Assembly: GCA_020137815.1 (NCBI GenBank)
Contig: CM035360.1
Coordinates: forward strand, 1,302,001 to 1,366,000
Direction: 5' to 3'
DNA: 64,000 nt
Origin: Hormiphora californensis
Lineage: Eukaryota; Animalia; Ctenophora
Part shown: positions 27,701-42,700 of the stretch, piece by piece
How the letters are laid out: each line of letters opens with the position of its first letter
How positions within the stretch are numbered: the first letter of the stretch is position 1
Notes under the pieces: model-generated
The model's input: only the letters and a program-made list of their open reading frames with translations
Told to the model about the DNA's origin: nothing
Database searches by the model: none
Translations under genes and position numbers: made by a program

Positions 27701-30700
27701 CACGGTTACCAAGCACCGTTTTTCAGTGGTTCACAAAATGAAGCAATACGCCCGCTTCTACAGCCTCGCTAACAAGACGATCTTCCGCAAAAGACAAGTT
27801 CCTGGTCTGGCTGATGCTACAGCCCAAGGGGTTGTCATAGCGAGACCAGTTTTGAAGGATGATTTCAGGAGAACAGGAATATACCGTATTTCGAGTAAAT
27901 TCCATCACGAGATCAACCAAATCAAAGTATTCATTAGTGCCATGTCCAGCCGGGAAATAATAACACTTGCCCTTTCCAAAATGGGTATTTTAGTGAGAAA
28001 GAAAGTTGAGAAACTTGGCTCAAAAGAGTCCACCTCTCACTCATGGAAATCATTCGCGAGCATCTTCACCAAGAGCTGGATCGATACAACAAAGATTCGA
28101 TTATTGTTGGAACACGATGCTCGAACAAAGACCTCCAAGACTAAAGTTGATAACCGGGTCAAAATTTCAAAGGCTCTTGAGTGGGACATGTTCGTTGTTG
28201 AGGGGAGTATAAAAGATAACGGGAGGGATATGTACAAACTTCTGAGGCGAATCATTGTCTTGGACCTCAACAAACGGGAAGCGGTGGTTAAATTCGTTCA
28301 CGTTGACTTCATCAACAAAGGATTAACCTCAAAAACATCCAAGAGCCACAAGATGAAACACATCAACGCAATAGTGAACGTTCTCTTCAAGGATCTTCAC
28401 CAGAAGCACCTTCTTGCAGCCACCACTCTTCTAAAGCCTGGGATCCTCAAAATAAAACCATTCGAGCTACGAACCGTGACAGCTCTTTACCGGGGAATGT
28501 TCTGGATAAACCTGAGTGGAGTGAATTCCAAACGAACTCACGTGCCATTCACATTCCTTACAGCCGGATCACGGGGTTACTCATTAACAGCTGGTAAGGT
28601 ACAACCCGTCGTCAAAGCTAAGGTCACAAAGTCGTTCTCAAAGTTGGAGGCTGGGAATCAGCTCGTGTTAACGGGATCCCAGATGCTCAGAGCTCAGGTC
28701 TCTTTAGAAGAAAAGTTCTTGATAATCGCCAGGGATGGTCGAACTATATCCCTCCAAAAATACTATCTCGAATATCCGTTCTTTGTGTTTTCAAACCGAC
28801 TGGTTCACTTTACTCGGTTTGTTAGCACAACCAAAACATTTAGTGTAACCCGGGTGAGTGCCAAAGACTGGCTATCGGTTCATCATGCTTTCTTCCATAA
28901 GAGCACAGGACGAAAAACTCAGTTAACGATGGAAATTGTCCTTGTGGAGCAGTGGTATGAGAAAATTCATGGCACTTACCCCTACAAACTGCCATCCACT
29001 GATAGAAAGATGTCCAAAGGACACGGTTTTAAGACCTTCAGAAGTCGACTTATGACTCACTCTAGTCTTGTCGACCAAGGTCTAATAGCGTTCTTCGAGC
29101 ACCGGGGTGAAATGACCTACAACCAACATAGGATAGTTTACAAGTTGCTTCAAAGCAAGAAAGAACAGGACAGCTTTGTTGTTACCACAAAGATTTTCGA
29201 TGAAAGTTCCAAAATGTTTGGAAAACAACGTGGAAGAGCCGGGTGGGAAATGCTAGGGATTACAATGACTACTCTCAGGAAGATTGGCCCACACAAGATG
29301 TCTGGGTTCAGAGCTAAAACAGGATCTCCACCAAACTACAGACGTGTTTTTAAACACATCGTAGACGTAACACCAAACATCAGAGTGAAGAGAGTCACAT
29401 TGGTTGCCATGGATACCAAACTGATTGTAAAACCTTGGAGTATTGATCCTATTCCAGGCCTTGGAAAAACAGCCACAGTTTCAGTGAGCAATAACATCTC
29501 AGTACAACCAAGACAAGTGGTAAGAGTGAAAACAGGAGTGGACGTTGCTAAGGACGGATATACCGGATCATGTACGAAACTCAGAATCATCAGATCGGGT
29601 AGTGAAGATAAACCACCTTATCCCATTTGGAAATCAACTGGGTGTGCAAAACAACTCCAACTCACATCGTCAAGTAAAGATGCATCACCACAACGTGGCA
29701 CTTTGCCAGGAACCCCCAAATGGACTGTTCTCATACCACCATCGGAATCTTGCTCATCATTAGATAAATTCGGAGGAAGGAAGTGTAGAGATGTCGCTTG
29801 TGAGAGGCCCTGTAGTGATCATGGGGAATCGTGTGGGAAATGTAAGCGAGGATTCTGTACAACACAAGGATGCTTCCAAATGGTGTGTGACGAAACATCG
29901 ATAGCCAAAGGAACTTGTGATGACTCAAAATGTAATGAGAAACTTGTTAGCGAGGGAAAATGTAAAAAGTTGTTTTGTAGTGGAACATGTGTGAGTGCGA
30001 TGTGCTCAGCTAATAACAACACCTGCTACAAAAGAGTCAAGTGTGCCAGACCTGATAGCAAGGGAAACTGTAGCCAGGACAAACCATGCTCAACAGTAGA
30101 GATGGCAGACGGACGGTGCCACCCGGTACCCTGTAGTTGTTTAAATTCAACTGCATGCAAGAGTTGGGTAGCACCCTCATGTGAGCACCATCATTCAGTC
30201 GATTTCTGCACAAGAAATGGACTACAAAGATCTTGTAATCGAGGACACTGCACAAACACGGGATGCTATCAGCGGCTTTGCAATGAGACACAGATCAAAA
30301 CAGGGAATTGTGACGACCAGGCTTGTAACGAAACCTTCGTTACGGAAGGCAAATGTAGAAAACTCCCATGCAGTGACATCCCAGTTTCACCTTCATGCCT
30401 CAATAACAGGTGTTATCAGAGAGTCATGTGCGGAAAGGCAACGTGTGATCAATCTAGGACATGTTCCGCAACTGAGATTGCATCGGGAAGGTGTAAAGAA
30501 ATACCTTGCACTAAATCCAAGACACCATCTAAATACGGATTCTGCAAAGGAGTCACACTTGCCCGAGTGTCCTGCGAGCATTCACTTCTTTGTAAAGATT
30601 ATGGAGAACCGAAAATTTGTCTTGAAGGGTTTTGTAACGAGTCTGGTTGTTATCGGAAGCTCTGTACAACAACTGAGAGGAATACTAGACGATGCTCACA

Positions 30701-33700
30701 CCAGGAGTGCAATGATACACTGGTGAAACAAGGAAAGTGCATCAGACTACCATGTAGTGATATTCCTGTGTCTGAAATGTGCCAGGATAACAGCTGTTAC
30801 CAGAGGGTAAAATGCTCAAACCCGGACAAAAATGGAAGTTGTGAACAAGCGAAACCTTGTACTAAATCTGAAATTAAGAACAAGGGATGTAAGGTTGTTG
30901 ATTGTGATTCTATTTCAGGATCACTGTCTTCAAAAACCAAAGCCTGTGAAGGTGTCTCGTACCCTAAAAATCCATGTAGTACCTCCCTGGACACCTGCCA
31001 GGAACCGGATCAGTACACTTGCAAGTTGAACATTGTCATCCTGATCCGCTTCCTCAAACTATCCAAAGAAACCGCTAAAATTCAGCCGGAGAAGATACTA
31101 AAATATACTGGGACAGTTACAGTAAACACTTCAATCACTCCCAAAGGCTGGTATGTATCAGGTGCCCAAGGACATCGACTAGGTTCGGTTAAACCTGCTG
31201 TCAAGATAGTTCTGAGAGGTTCCACTAAACAACGAAGCCTAATGGCAGTCTCCCAAACAGTGATGTTTGATGGTAGGGGTCTGGTAGCTGTGAAGAGAGC
31301 GGTTTCACTGAGCAAAGTGTATGGCACGACTGGAGGACAGATGGTAAAACTCGTCCAAATTCCTATTACCAACTCCGGATCCAAGACGAGAGGTGGCCAC
31401 AGTGTTTCATTGCAACAGGCATTGGTGATACAGTCCCTATTCTACATTGGCAACAAGAAAAGATTGACATTATCAAAACCAGAAACCAAGGTGTCATCTT
31501 CTATCCGGGTCATCAGACTATCAACTAAAACCAGTGAAAAGGATTCATTTGTTGTGACCGCTACTGCGAAAGACCATACTGTAAAAGTGTATGAGCGTCA
31601 GTTTCTGAAAGTCTTTACACAGACATTCCAGAAACGCACAACCAAACTGGTAAAGTCGCGTGTGATCAAGTTAACGACAGAGCAAAGAGTTAAAAGAGGA
31701 CCAAACTTCAAGCAAACAGTAAGTCTGAAACCTGTCCAAACATCCCAACTGAGCAGCCATAACCGCAGGTCGAATGTCAAAATGGATGTGAAAGTCGCAG
31801 TGGTATACCATCGTGGTACTGTCACCCAAAGCACTGAGGGATCCGATAAGTTTACACTATCAGAATCATCTGAACTGTTTGTTGGAAAAGTGTGGCCGGC
31901 AACCCAAGCTGTAGGAATCAAAAACTTTGATCCAAGGACCCCAAAATGTGCGTTCCATGTCACCCGACCTGCGTCAAAGTTCATGATTATGGAGTATGAA
32001 TTCGTTGCTCAGCCCCTGTTTGTTATCGAGCAGCAAGAAGGTTGTACAAGAGGTACACGAGGATTCTGCGACAGGACTGGCTGCTATCAGATGATTTGTG
32101 AAGAAAAGTCAGCTAAAGACGCGTCTTGTGATGACTCAAAATGTAATGAGAAACTTGTCGACGAGGGAAAATGTAAAAAGTTGTCTTGTAGAGGGACATG
32201 TGTGAGTCCGATGTGCTCGGCAGATAACAACACCTGCTACAAAAGAGTCAAGTGTTCTGAGCTCCAAAAAGGTGAAATTTGTGACCAAACGAAGCCCTGC
32301 TCAGCCACTGAGATCTCTGATGGGAGCTGTGTGTTAGCTGACTTTACATCTCTCAAGGAAATTTGTCTCAACAACGTGGTCACTAGCTGCAAAAACTGGG
32401 CCCCTCCAAAGACATGTGGCCCAGACTTCTTTTACACAAAAGAGTTTGTGAGGGAGCACACTGTACACATTGACCGATTTGACTACTTCTCCCGTAGTGC
32501 CCAGCTCTCATCAACGTGTAAACGAGATGCGGTTACAATCCTACCCGTGCACTGGTTATTGCAAGGATATGTGGAGGTAACTCTTCAGACTCACTACTTG
32601 AAGAAGTCTGTTGTTTACACAACAAATAAACTAATTGTTCCTCGTCCAATAATCAGTCCAAATCGAGAACCGTCTCACACCGTTATGGTCTCTCGACATA
32701 GAGTTTCCCTCACTGTAGGAGTGAAAAGCAGACCTGTGTATACTGACCCAATCTCGAGTGCGGTTCTAGGTAAAGGTCCGTCTAAAGTATACCTTCAAGC
32801 AGTGCACCTGTTAAAGAATCTAAATGCAGTGATAAAGGTTCAACAAATTACCCGAGCAAGCATTATGCTCAATGGTATAAAATCTGAAAGACATGAGTTC
32901 AAGGCATTTGTCAGAATGGAAATGACTTGTGATGTCATCAGACCGGGTTCACAAACATTCTTCCTAATCGAAGACAAGAAAGGTGATTTGATCGATGAGT
33001 ACAGGTCTAAGTCCGAGGGGCCAGGTCCCTCTGACCTCTACCACGTCAAACAATTCCTCTTTTTGAAGCAGACTCGCATCAGAGTTCGAACTATCGCTCC
33101 AGTAATCTCCTGCCAGAAAGTCTTCCCTTTCCAGAAAGACCTGCATCAATTTAAACAACAAACATCCGTCAAGTCTATCGTGAAAGTCGGTCGAGTTGAA
33201 TCATCAAAATCAGCCGAAATTGACAGCTTTCTCGTGGAGACAAAAGCAAAGGATAGTTCTATTAAAGTGGTTACTTACCTTCGGGATGAGTTGTGGCAAC
33301 AAAAGTTTCTCCTCCAGACGTCGAAACTAAAAACTGAAGTTCTGACCCTGTTACTACTGACAAAGGCATCTAAAAGTCACAAGATGAACATTCTTGACAG
33401 TGGACTTTGGAGAAATAATCTTCGATTTACGGGCCATCTCCGGCATCTACGAAAATTTCAAAGACGTTCCTCCTCAAAATCTGTGATGAGACTTCGTTCG
33501 AGGATTGTGATTACAGAGACAAAGGACAGGGCTTGGTATACCATCGGTACGACCGGTGATATAGCGACAGGAGTCCATCACCGAGTTCTAAGCACCAGCC
33601 AAGGGTTAGTAAGAGGACTTACAGCAGAGGGTAAAATTCAGAAGTTGGTCACCAAAGCTGTCACTGAACTTCATCACGGCTTTATAAAGGTTCATAAGTT

Positions 33701-36700
33701 CCAAGTATCTGTTTCTTATTTCAGCAAGACAGAGAAGTTAACCCACACCCGAAGACCGTCCATTCGTCGGGTTGATATAAAGGCTGTTGTTGTTAATTCT
33801 CCTCGACCGGAGTTGATCGGGAAATTCCAAAGATCTGACATCTTTTTAACACATTCGTCGATGAAACACGGTCTTGGTCGAATCCTTGTCTACCGAAATG
33901 GGGCTATGCTTCTGGAAATATTTACTGGAAATGAAGGTAAAGTCGAGAAGATACTTCGCAAAAACATTGCAAAAGGGTCGTCAAAAGAAACAACCTCTCA
34001 CTCAATCAGAATTTCTGCCAGAATTAAAACAGAGTCCTGGTTCGATCACTCAAAGGCCAGATACCTGATAGGCGGTCCTATCCAAGCCTCGACAAAATGG
34101 ATAAAAGTCGACATAAAGATTCGGAAATCAAGTGCTGCGGAGTTGGACATCTTTGTCACTGAAGGAAGTATCAAAGATAATGGTCGAGACATGTTCAGAC
34201 TTCTGAGAAGAAACATCTTTACGACAGTGAACCACAAGGGAGTCTCAAAAATTTTCAAAGTGGACTTCATCAACAAAGGATTAGCCTCAAAAACATCCAA
34301 GAGTCACAAGATGAAACACATCAACGCAATAGTAAATGTTCTCTTCAAGGATCTTCACCAGAAACACCACCACGTGACTGGAACCAAAAGAAGACCAAAG
34401 GTGAGCAAGATTATACCTTTTGAAATAACAGAATTTTCACCTCTCCAATGGGGTAGATTCACTGTTGTTGCTAGGGGACAGGACATCACAAGACATCTCA
34501 TCCCCATAACAACGTTGGTGGCAATTGACCGTGGACTGACGGTTTCCTCCTTGAAAATGTTCAAACTGAAGATTGCAGTAATCACTGAGGTTGATCGAAA
34601 TATTGAAGATGAAAAGAAAGTCACGCTCCTAGGCGAACAAGAACTTCTTACCAAGGTGATGTTTAAAATCCAAATGAGGCACACAGAACCTCAATCTAGT
34701 TCGGTTGCTTTGAGGCACTACTATCTCCAATATGCATTCTTCACCTTCTCGATTCGGAATGGTAAGATTGAGCTCCTAACAATGACCACAAAAACTTTCG
34801 CTGTTAGAAGGGTGTCTGCACTTGAGTTTGTATCCTTATACGATCCCTTATACTATAAGACCAGAGCAAGGAAAACTCAAACTACACTGATGAACACTCT
34901 AGTCATGCAATGGTACGAAAAAAAGACTGGAACATATCCTTACCGTCTTCCGGGAACGCATCACAAACTTCAACCGAGACATACCATCAAAACTAGTAGA
35001 GGAAGGCTGATGTTACATAGCTCTAATGAGGACCTTGGTTTGGTATCTTACTTCGAGCACCGAGGTGAAATGACCTACAACCAACATAGGATAGTTTACA
35101 AGTTGCTTCAAAGCAAGAGGGAACAGGACAGCTTTGTTGTCACTACAAAGATTTTCGACGAAAGTTCCAAAATGTTTGGAAAACAACGCGGGAGAGCCGA
35201 ACGAGAAATACTGACCGCTTCCTTGGTGAAATTCACAAAACTTGTTCCATACAAGATAACTGGTCATCGGGACGACATGAAAGATCCTCCTGGTCTGAAG
35301 TACCACTTCAAACACATAGTGGATGTCACTCCAACGTACATCAGAGAAACCTGGAAGCCAGCACCATCAGACACAAAAATTACGCTCAAAGAATGGTCGA
35401 TAGACCCCATTCCCGGGATTTCCAGATCAGAGAATCTTGTGACACGACCCAGAATGGCCATTATTCCTAAGAAATCTTGGCCTGTTAAGACAGTCGTTTT
35501 GGGAGGACACCCACAATCAATGTGTCAAGCACTGCAGCTCCAGACTGATAGGATACCAAGTCTACCATGGAAAACGAGCCGGTGCAGAGGAGAGTTCCAG
35601 GAGATAACTCAACCTGATGGTCCACCTGTCCTGTACAGAGTATGTTCATGTGCCAGGGAAGGAAAACAAGGAGAGCTAATCATGATCCCGAAATCAGATA
35701 CCTGTAACATGATCCCAGGGGTGCAATGTGAGCCAGTAAACTGTGATAGAATGTGCTTACATTCGTGTATGACCAACTGCTCGGAAAGGTGTGGAGGTCA
35801 GCGGTGCGGCAAACCCGGTTTACCCAAATGCAGTAGGGAAACAGAACAGTGTCTAGAACAATGTAAGGTGAGATGCGACCCTAATCTTAAGTGTCAACCA
35901 CCATCAAGACTGTGTTCTCAGCCCGAACAAAAGGCGGGAAAGTGCAAGAAGGGAGACATGTTCCCCTGTTCACCAACAGAAGTGAAATCTGGGAAGTGTG
36001 GGAAACCACCACCCTCGTGCGTAGAATGCTTTGTCCGAAAATGTGACAGTGCAACAGCAGCAGAGTCATGCAAACAAAATACACGGTGTACGGAGGACGA
36101 ACAAGAGGATGGTTTGTGTAAGCCAGGATTCTGTACCATCGACAGAGTCCCTGAAACTTGTGAAGATAGGTGTAGCCGATTAAAATGTGCGTCAGCAAAA
36201 TGTGCAAGCTCAAAATCAAAGTGCCTGAGCCTATGTAGGGCACAGACAGGTTTTGACTGTCGAGAGAATAGATGTGTATCACCGACCCGACGATGCTCTA
36301 ATAAAGAACGAAAATCCGCAGCATGCAAAGGTGGAATAATTGATTGTACCAAACGGGAAATCGAAACTGGGACCTGCGGTAAACTTCCCAACACTTGTCA
36401 GTTTTGCAAGACTCGCAATTGTACGAAATCGGAAGTTTCAGCAGGTCTGTGTACAACTAAGGACAACAAGATCCGGTGTACCAAAGCAGAAATTGTCTCA
36501 GGGAAATGTAAAGATACGCTGTGTAATGTTGAAAAGTGTACAAAATGTACCAAAAACGATCCCAACACTGGAACTTGTCTTGAAAGGACACCAGTTCCCT
36601 GTGAACCCAGAACGCCATGCATTCTACACCGCGAGTTTGGTTGTCTGTCTGAAGCCCACCAGCTGTCCTGTCAAGCACAAGTCCTTATTGTCGTCCGGCA

Positions 36701-39700
36701 TCTCCATCTTGCCAAGTTGGGGGACTCTGTTGAGCAGGAAACCAGTATGAAACTCCTGGCGGTAAACTCTCCTAACAAGCTGGAACGATCAGGTGGAATA
36801 AAGGCTATTCTTGGAAAAAGGTCTGATTTGATCGGACAACTAGTCCAGAAACATCAAGTCTACTTAAATGGGAAATCAGTGAAAAGTGGCGAGTTGTTTG
36901 TAGGCTCATCCCTCGCAGTCCAACCTGCTGGTCTGGTTGCCCTGAAGAAAGGAATGGCAAGACTGGTTTCATACTCAGTTACCAATTCTGAGACAAGACT
37001 CATGGTGATGAGTTACATCGAATCAACGGCTGACAAGAAACTAGACGGGCATAAAATCAACTACCAATTCCTATCGATGGTTAGCCTTGTAAGGGGTGTC
37101 TCGGTCGTGTCAAGAAGAATTGATGGGTCTTCGTCAACCAAACACTCTAAATTGAGGATAGTTATCAAACTGGCTCTATTTACAAGGGACGAGGGTGAGT
37201 TTTCCCTAGCTACCACCGCAAAGGACGAGTCGATCAAAGTGTATCAAAGACAGTTCATAGTTGCCATGGAGACCATGTATACTGGAACCCAACAAAAACT
37301 GTCCAAGCCAAGACTGATTGAATTCTCAACGGATGGTATACGACGAGACTCCGCCAAAATGAAGCTGTTTGGAAGTGTTTCATCACAAAAGTCATCGGTT
37401 CTTAGTCATAGGACTGTTCACGGAGTAACACCAATTGAAGTCAAGGGAATGACACTTTTCAGAGAGCATCGATTCACAATAACAACGAAGGCAGTCTCTA
37501 TGACGACCCCGGTGAAAACCGGCATTTTGGAAACTCATGTCCTTGGAAAGACTCTCCACTCCCATGCTGTGAAGTTGTACGACCCGCAAGGACCTGAATG
37601 TCAGTTGGATCTCCACCCGGGTGGAACAGAATTCCTAGTTATCCACTACAAATACCTCACGCAACCAGAATTCACGGTTGCCCGGCAACACGGTTTCTTC
37701 TACACACGAGAACATTATGAAACCCGTGAAGTTCACATTTCAAGGTTGGATCAGGTGTCTCAAGTTGAGACGCGATGCAGACAGCCAGTTATAAAAAAGG
37801 TCATCTGGTGGCTAGATGGTGGCATTGAAGTTACCGCTCAGACCCACAAGATGAGTCAATTAGTTCACTTCACACCGGGCTATGTCCTGACATTACGGTT
37901 GGTGTATGGCCCTACCAGGAAACCATCACATTCCGTTATTTTCAGTCGACATAGGATCCATCTTGCCCTATCTGCATCGACAACAGCATCTTTCCCTCAA
38001 CCAGCCGGGGTTGTTGGGACAGCAGAAGGAAATAGGAAGGTATTCCTAAGATCAGGTAGTATTGTTAGAGGCCCCTCTTCTGATGCTAGGGTTGTAAAGT
38101 TGGGTAAAGGGCGTGTCATCCTGTCGAGTGACAAAGCAGATGGGCATAAAGTGAACGCTTTCGCTCAAATGAAAATGACTTGTGATGTGATCAGACCGGG
38201 TTCACAAACATTCTTCCTAATCGAAGACAAGAAAGGTGATTTGATCGATGAGTACAGGTCTAAGTCCGAGGGGCCAGGTCCCTCTGACCTCTACCACGTC
38301 AAACAATTCCTCTTTTTGAAACAGACTCGTATCAAAGTTCGCACTATCGCTCCAGTAATCTCCTGCCAGAGAGTCTTCCCCTTCCAGAAAGATCTACTCT
38401 CCTCAGAAAAACAAACATCTGTCGAACCTATCATTAAAGTTGGTCGAGTTGAATCATCAAAATCAGCCGAAATCGACAGTTTTGTGGTCGAAACAAAAAT
38501 CAAGGATGATTCTCGGAAAGTGTTGAGGATATTCGCCCTTGGCATACTTCACGGTTTCATTGGAGGGGGGACGAGCACACTGAAAAAGCAAGTCCTTGTT
38601 TTGAAAGTATCAGCTTCCCGGGAATATACCCATAAAATGAAGCGGCTGTCGGAAGGACTATGGAAGTCATCAACACATGCCTTAGCCGGTCAAACCAGAT
38701 ATCATGGGAGAGCTAGAAAAAGTCGCGGGTTGGTGAAAGTGTTTGTTAAACCACAAGTGAACAGTTTGAAAGGAACCCTTGTTATTACCATGACAACAGA
38801 TTTATCCTTGGATGCCCCTTCCCGAGTTGACCGAAAATACTTGACTGCCATTGCTAACCACCACTCGTTTGAGGCAACGAGCAGAAAGACTACTCAACTT
38901 GTTGTTACCGTGATTTCCAAATTAAATCACGCAACCAGTGGACATAGCTTCAAACAGACAGCCAGTTTTGTAGCAGAATCAGAAAAACTAACTGTGTTAT
39001 CGGAGAACGAAGGCATGGAAATGCAGGTCAAGGCTCTACCAAAGAGGGTTGAAAGACCGATTTTGAACTTAAGATCTCAGTTCACCATGCTGCTGACTCA
39101 TTGGAGTTCTGTTGGAAACGAGCCAGCTCAAGTGCTGAGGCTAAAAACGAGTCGACATGTCTCTATTGCCGGTGGTGGAACTGTTCGTGTGACAAAATCT
39201 ACTCGAATCAAGGCACCCAGTGGTTCCTCTCGCGAGCTTTCATCGCATACCCAAACGTACTCCGCAAGTCTGTTTAGCTTTTCCTCACACTCCTCCAAAT
39301 CCAGACTCTACGCTGAGGCAAACCAAAGAACTGGTACATCTGTAAAAGTGGTGTCTCTCAAAATAAAGTCACAATCAACAAAAGAAAGAGATTCTTTTGT
39401 CGTTGAGTGGGCTATCAAGGATGACAGTCACAAGCGGTACAAGTTGTTAGTTGGAAACGTTCTCGGAGTTCGGCACATCAGACTAACCTCTAAACTTCTC
39501 AAGCTTCCCTTTGTGACATCCAAATACAGGGGAAAGAGGGAGGAACAGCACAGAGCAAAGTACATCTTTAGTGCGAATGACGATCAGTACAAGCTATTGG
39601 GACTTAAATCACATGCCCAAATGACCACTATGATCGGAGCACAACCAATAAAGAGAAGACCATACGAGATAAGAGAGTTCAATGCAGTAGGGGTTGGAAT

Positions 39701-42700
39701 GTTTGGGGCACATGGAAGGTTACACTCCATACTCGATATACACTGGAGAGTCCTTACCATCGCCCTGACAGGCAGTGGTATGAGGTCTAGTAAAGTAAAA
39801 GAGAGAAGGATAAGGAGGGTGGAGTCTGTTGTTGGTGTTAATCACTCACTACCTGTGGCTCATACTATCAAGTACACCTGGGACCACACACTCCAAACTC
39901 ACTCTACGGACCACTGGGTACAACGTAGAGTTCCAAGCGGGGGAAGTGAAATGTTTGACAGTAGAGAACATCATGATCTCGCTTTCTTTGTGTTCACGGA
40001 AAGGAAGGTCTGGTTCACGGCATTTGTTGACAATTACCGGGAGATCCGGGTGATACGACTTGAAATGAAGGAGTACATTTCACGGGATCAGGTGGAGGGG
40101 GTGAGACTGATATACAGACTACCCGCCATTAGACGCCACGCTGAGGCGATCAACCGAGACCTAGTGATGAGCGGATACGATAAGCGATCTGGTGTTTTAA
40201 CACCACTTCCTACGACTCAACGGAAGAAATCAAATGGACACTCACTCTCAATGAGAGGGAATGTCGTCACAGTAACCCACCCCAGCCTGAGGCAAAAATT
40301 CAGAAGGATGGCTGAGGTAAAACTAGACACAAAGTTCTCAAAGTCCATCATTATTCACAAGTTGAGCCAGGAGATAGCTGATGAACCCATGTGGGTGAGT
40401 GTGAATTCTGCCAAGATAACGTCAAAACGACCTTATGAACGGCAGAGGATCCTCCTTCTCTACAAGGTCAACAGGGTAACAAACCTGAGGATTATCAGAG
40501 TAGTGAGAACAGAAGCAGAACCAAGGCACAAGGTCCGCGAGGGTCCAAAGATAAAGCTCTCATATCGATACACTACAAACTTCGAGGCGAGTGGTGTGAG
40601 GTTGATAAGCCGGGACTCCGGAAGAGATCTGAAATCTGTCGTGAAAGCCGTCCTTTATGCCGCTTCAGAAGTTGAAGAGGTAAATCTGATCAAACGACTT
40701 CTCATCGCTAAAGCAGTAATTGGAATTGACGTAACAATCGTTATGAGACTCAAGACAAGTGCCCAAAAGACACCCACCGATATAGTTTCTAGCAGTAAAG
40801 CTCAGAAAGTGGTTCTAAAAATTGGAGCATTTGAAAAGAATATTGTCAAGGAACACACGATCAAATTTAATGTGGGGACATCACAGGAACATCAAATGAT
40901 GATCACGTTTAGGATGTCACATGGACGGGATACCAGAACAAATACCCATCTAGATGCTAGGTCAAGGGTGGTCCTAGTTGGCAAGGAGTTGTTCACAAAG
41001 AGGGTGGTTCTCACACAGTCTAAACTTTGGAAAGAGAGATATGCCGGTCTCTGGAGATTTGGGGGAATGACAACTCAAACCACGGCAAACGGTAACGAGA
41101 AGCTATCCAAGTTTGTACTCTGGAAAATTGAAATAACTAAAACAAAGAGGTCCAACGGCCACAACTTGAACCTATTCCTTTCTCTGAAACTGAGGAAAAC
41201 AAGTCACCATGCCTCACTCCTACGAGCATTCTCTACTTCTATCGACACCAAAACCTCTGCAAAACACAAGGAAATCAAGATCACCTCCGGTGTTGAACAC
41301 CAAAGCGAGCTCTCAGTTACATCTTCAATGAACGATGTCTCCATTAAAATGGAAGTGGAAACGAAGGGCCGAGCGGTTTTGATCGGGATAAAAAGTAGTG
41401 TAGAAACTGTTGTCAAGGTTACAGTTGCTACGATGAGTACCCGAGTCAAACAGTCATCAGGCCATGTGGTGAAGTTGGTTGGTACACTGAGTTCCGGTGC
41501 TGCGACTAAAGTTCTGGGAGAGGGTCGTTGGATAACCGCAGCTGGAGATCTATCTGCTAAAGCAATCTCCCACAATGTTTCCATCCACCAGGGTATCCTA
41601 GCAACGAGACAGCTGGCAATCGCCCAAACCCGAGAACTCCATCTCAAGAGGGTTGTTGGATGGAAGGGAGCCAGGGTGCAGGGGTTGGTTGACGCTGTCT
41701 GCTTCACAGCCTACCATACCACTCCCAGAAGGAAGCAGATGAGGGAGAGGAGGAGGTTGAGTTATTTGGGCAGTGCCTTCTTCTACACCACTGTAGAACA
41801 CCAGCAGCTCTACAACTATAACTACCACAAAATACCTCTCATGTGGGAGAAGAAGAGAGAACTGGCACAACACGAGTATTTCTTCCTGGTGAAGGAAGAT
41901 AAAATGGTTGAGTACGAGTATGTGTTGTCAGTGGAACACCGTTGTTCTGGACTCACTGTTAGCATTGTGGAAGTGGAGTTCTTTGTTACCGAGGAAACGG
42001 CTACCGTTGGTTACCATGGTTACAACATGCGACATGTTGTTGCCAGGCAGCCTGGTGTAAAGATTCTAAAGGGCAGCATGGTAAACTCAGGACTGGAACC
42101 TTCCAAAGAGTTCAAGGCTATCTTGATCAGGAAGACTATTGTTCCCTCCGTTGCCATGGTAAAGAGATTGCTCCGCTCACAAGGTTCAACACAGATCACA
42201 CCGATACAGCCAGTTCCAATCAAGGTACTTGTGGTACTGGGCAACAAGTTTCAGAGAGCGGTTGTCAAACTCAAACGGCACCCACAGATAACATTTACCC
42301 CTTCCACTTCGGAACACAACCGTGCAACGCTGATTCTAACATCTGATCTGAGGACAACAGAGGGACTTCTCGGTCACCATAGCAACATAGTCTCCAGAAC
42401 TCCAAGACGGACTGTTTCAACCACAAAAGTGGACCATCGAATCACAGCTTTGAAGACAGAAAACGTCGACCAATTATCAGTCACCACCACGATCAAAGAT
42501 TCCACAATTAAAGTTTTGGTACTCGTCACAACAGTCCTTGGGCCTTCCGACGGTAACATTGGACATGTGCGGTTAAAAAGTTTTGATATCCATGATTTCC
42601 CAGTCATTGGAAAAAATATCAACGGACACAAGATTGTGATTATTTCCAGTGGTCTTTGGCGCTCTAACTTCGTCTCGTACGGCGTTACCAAGGGAACGGT

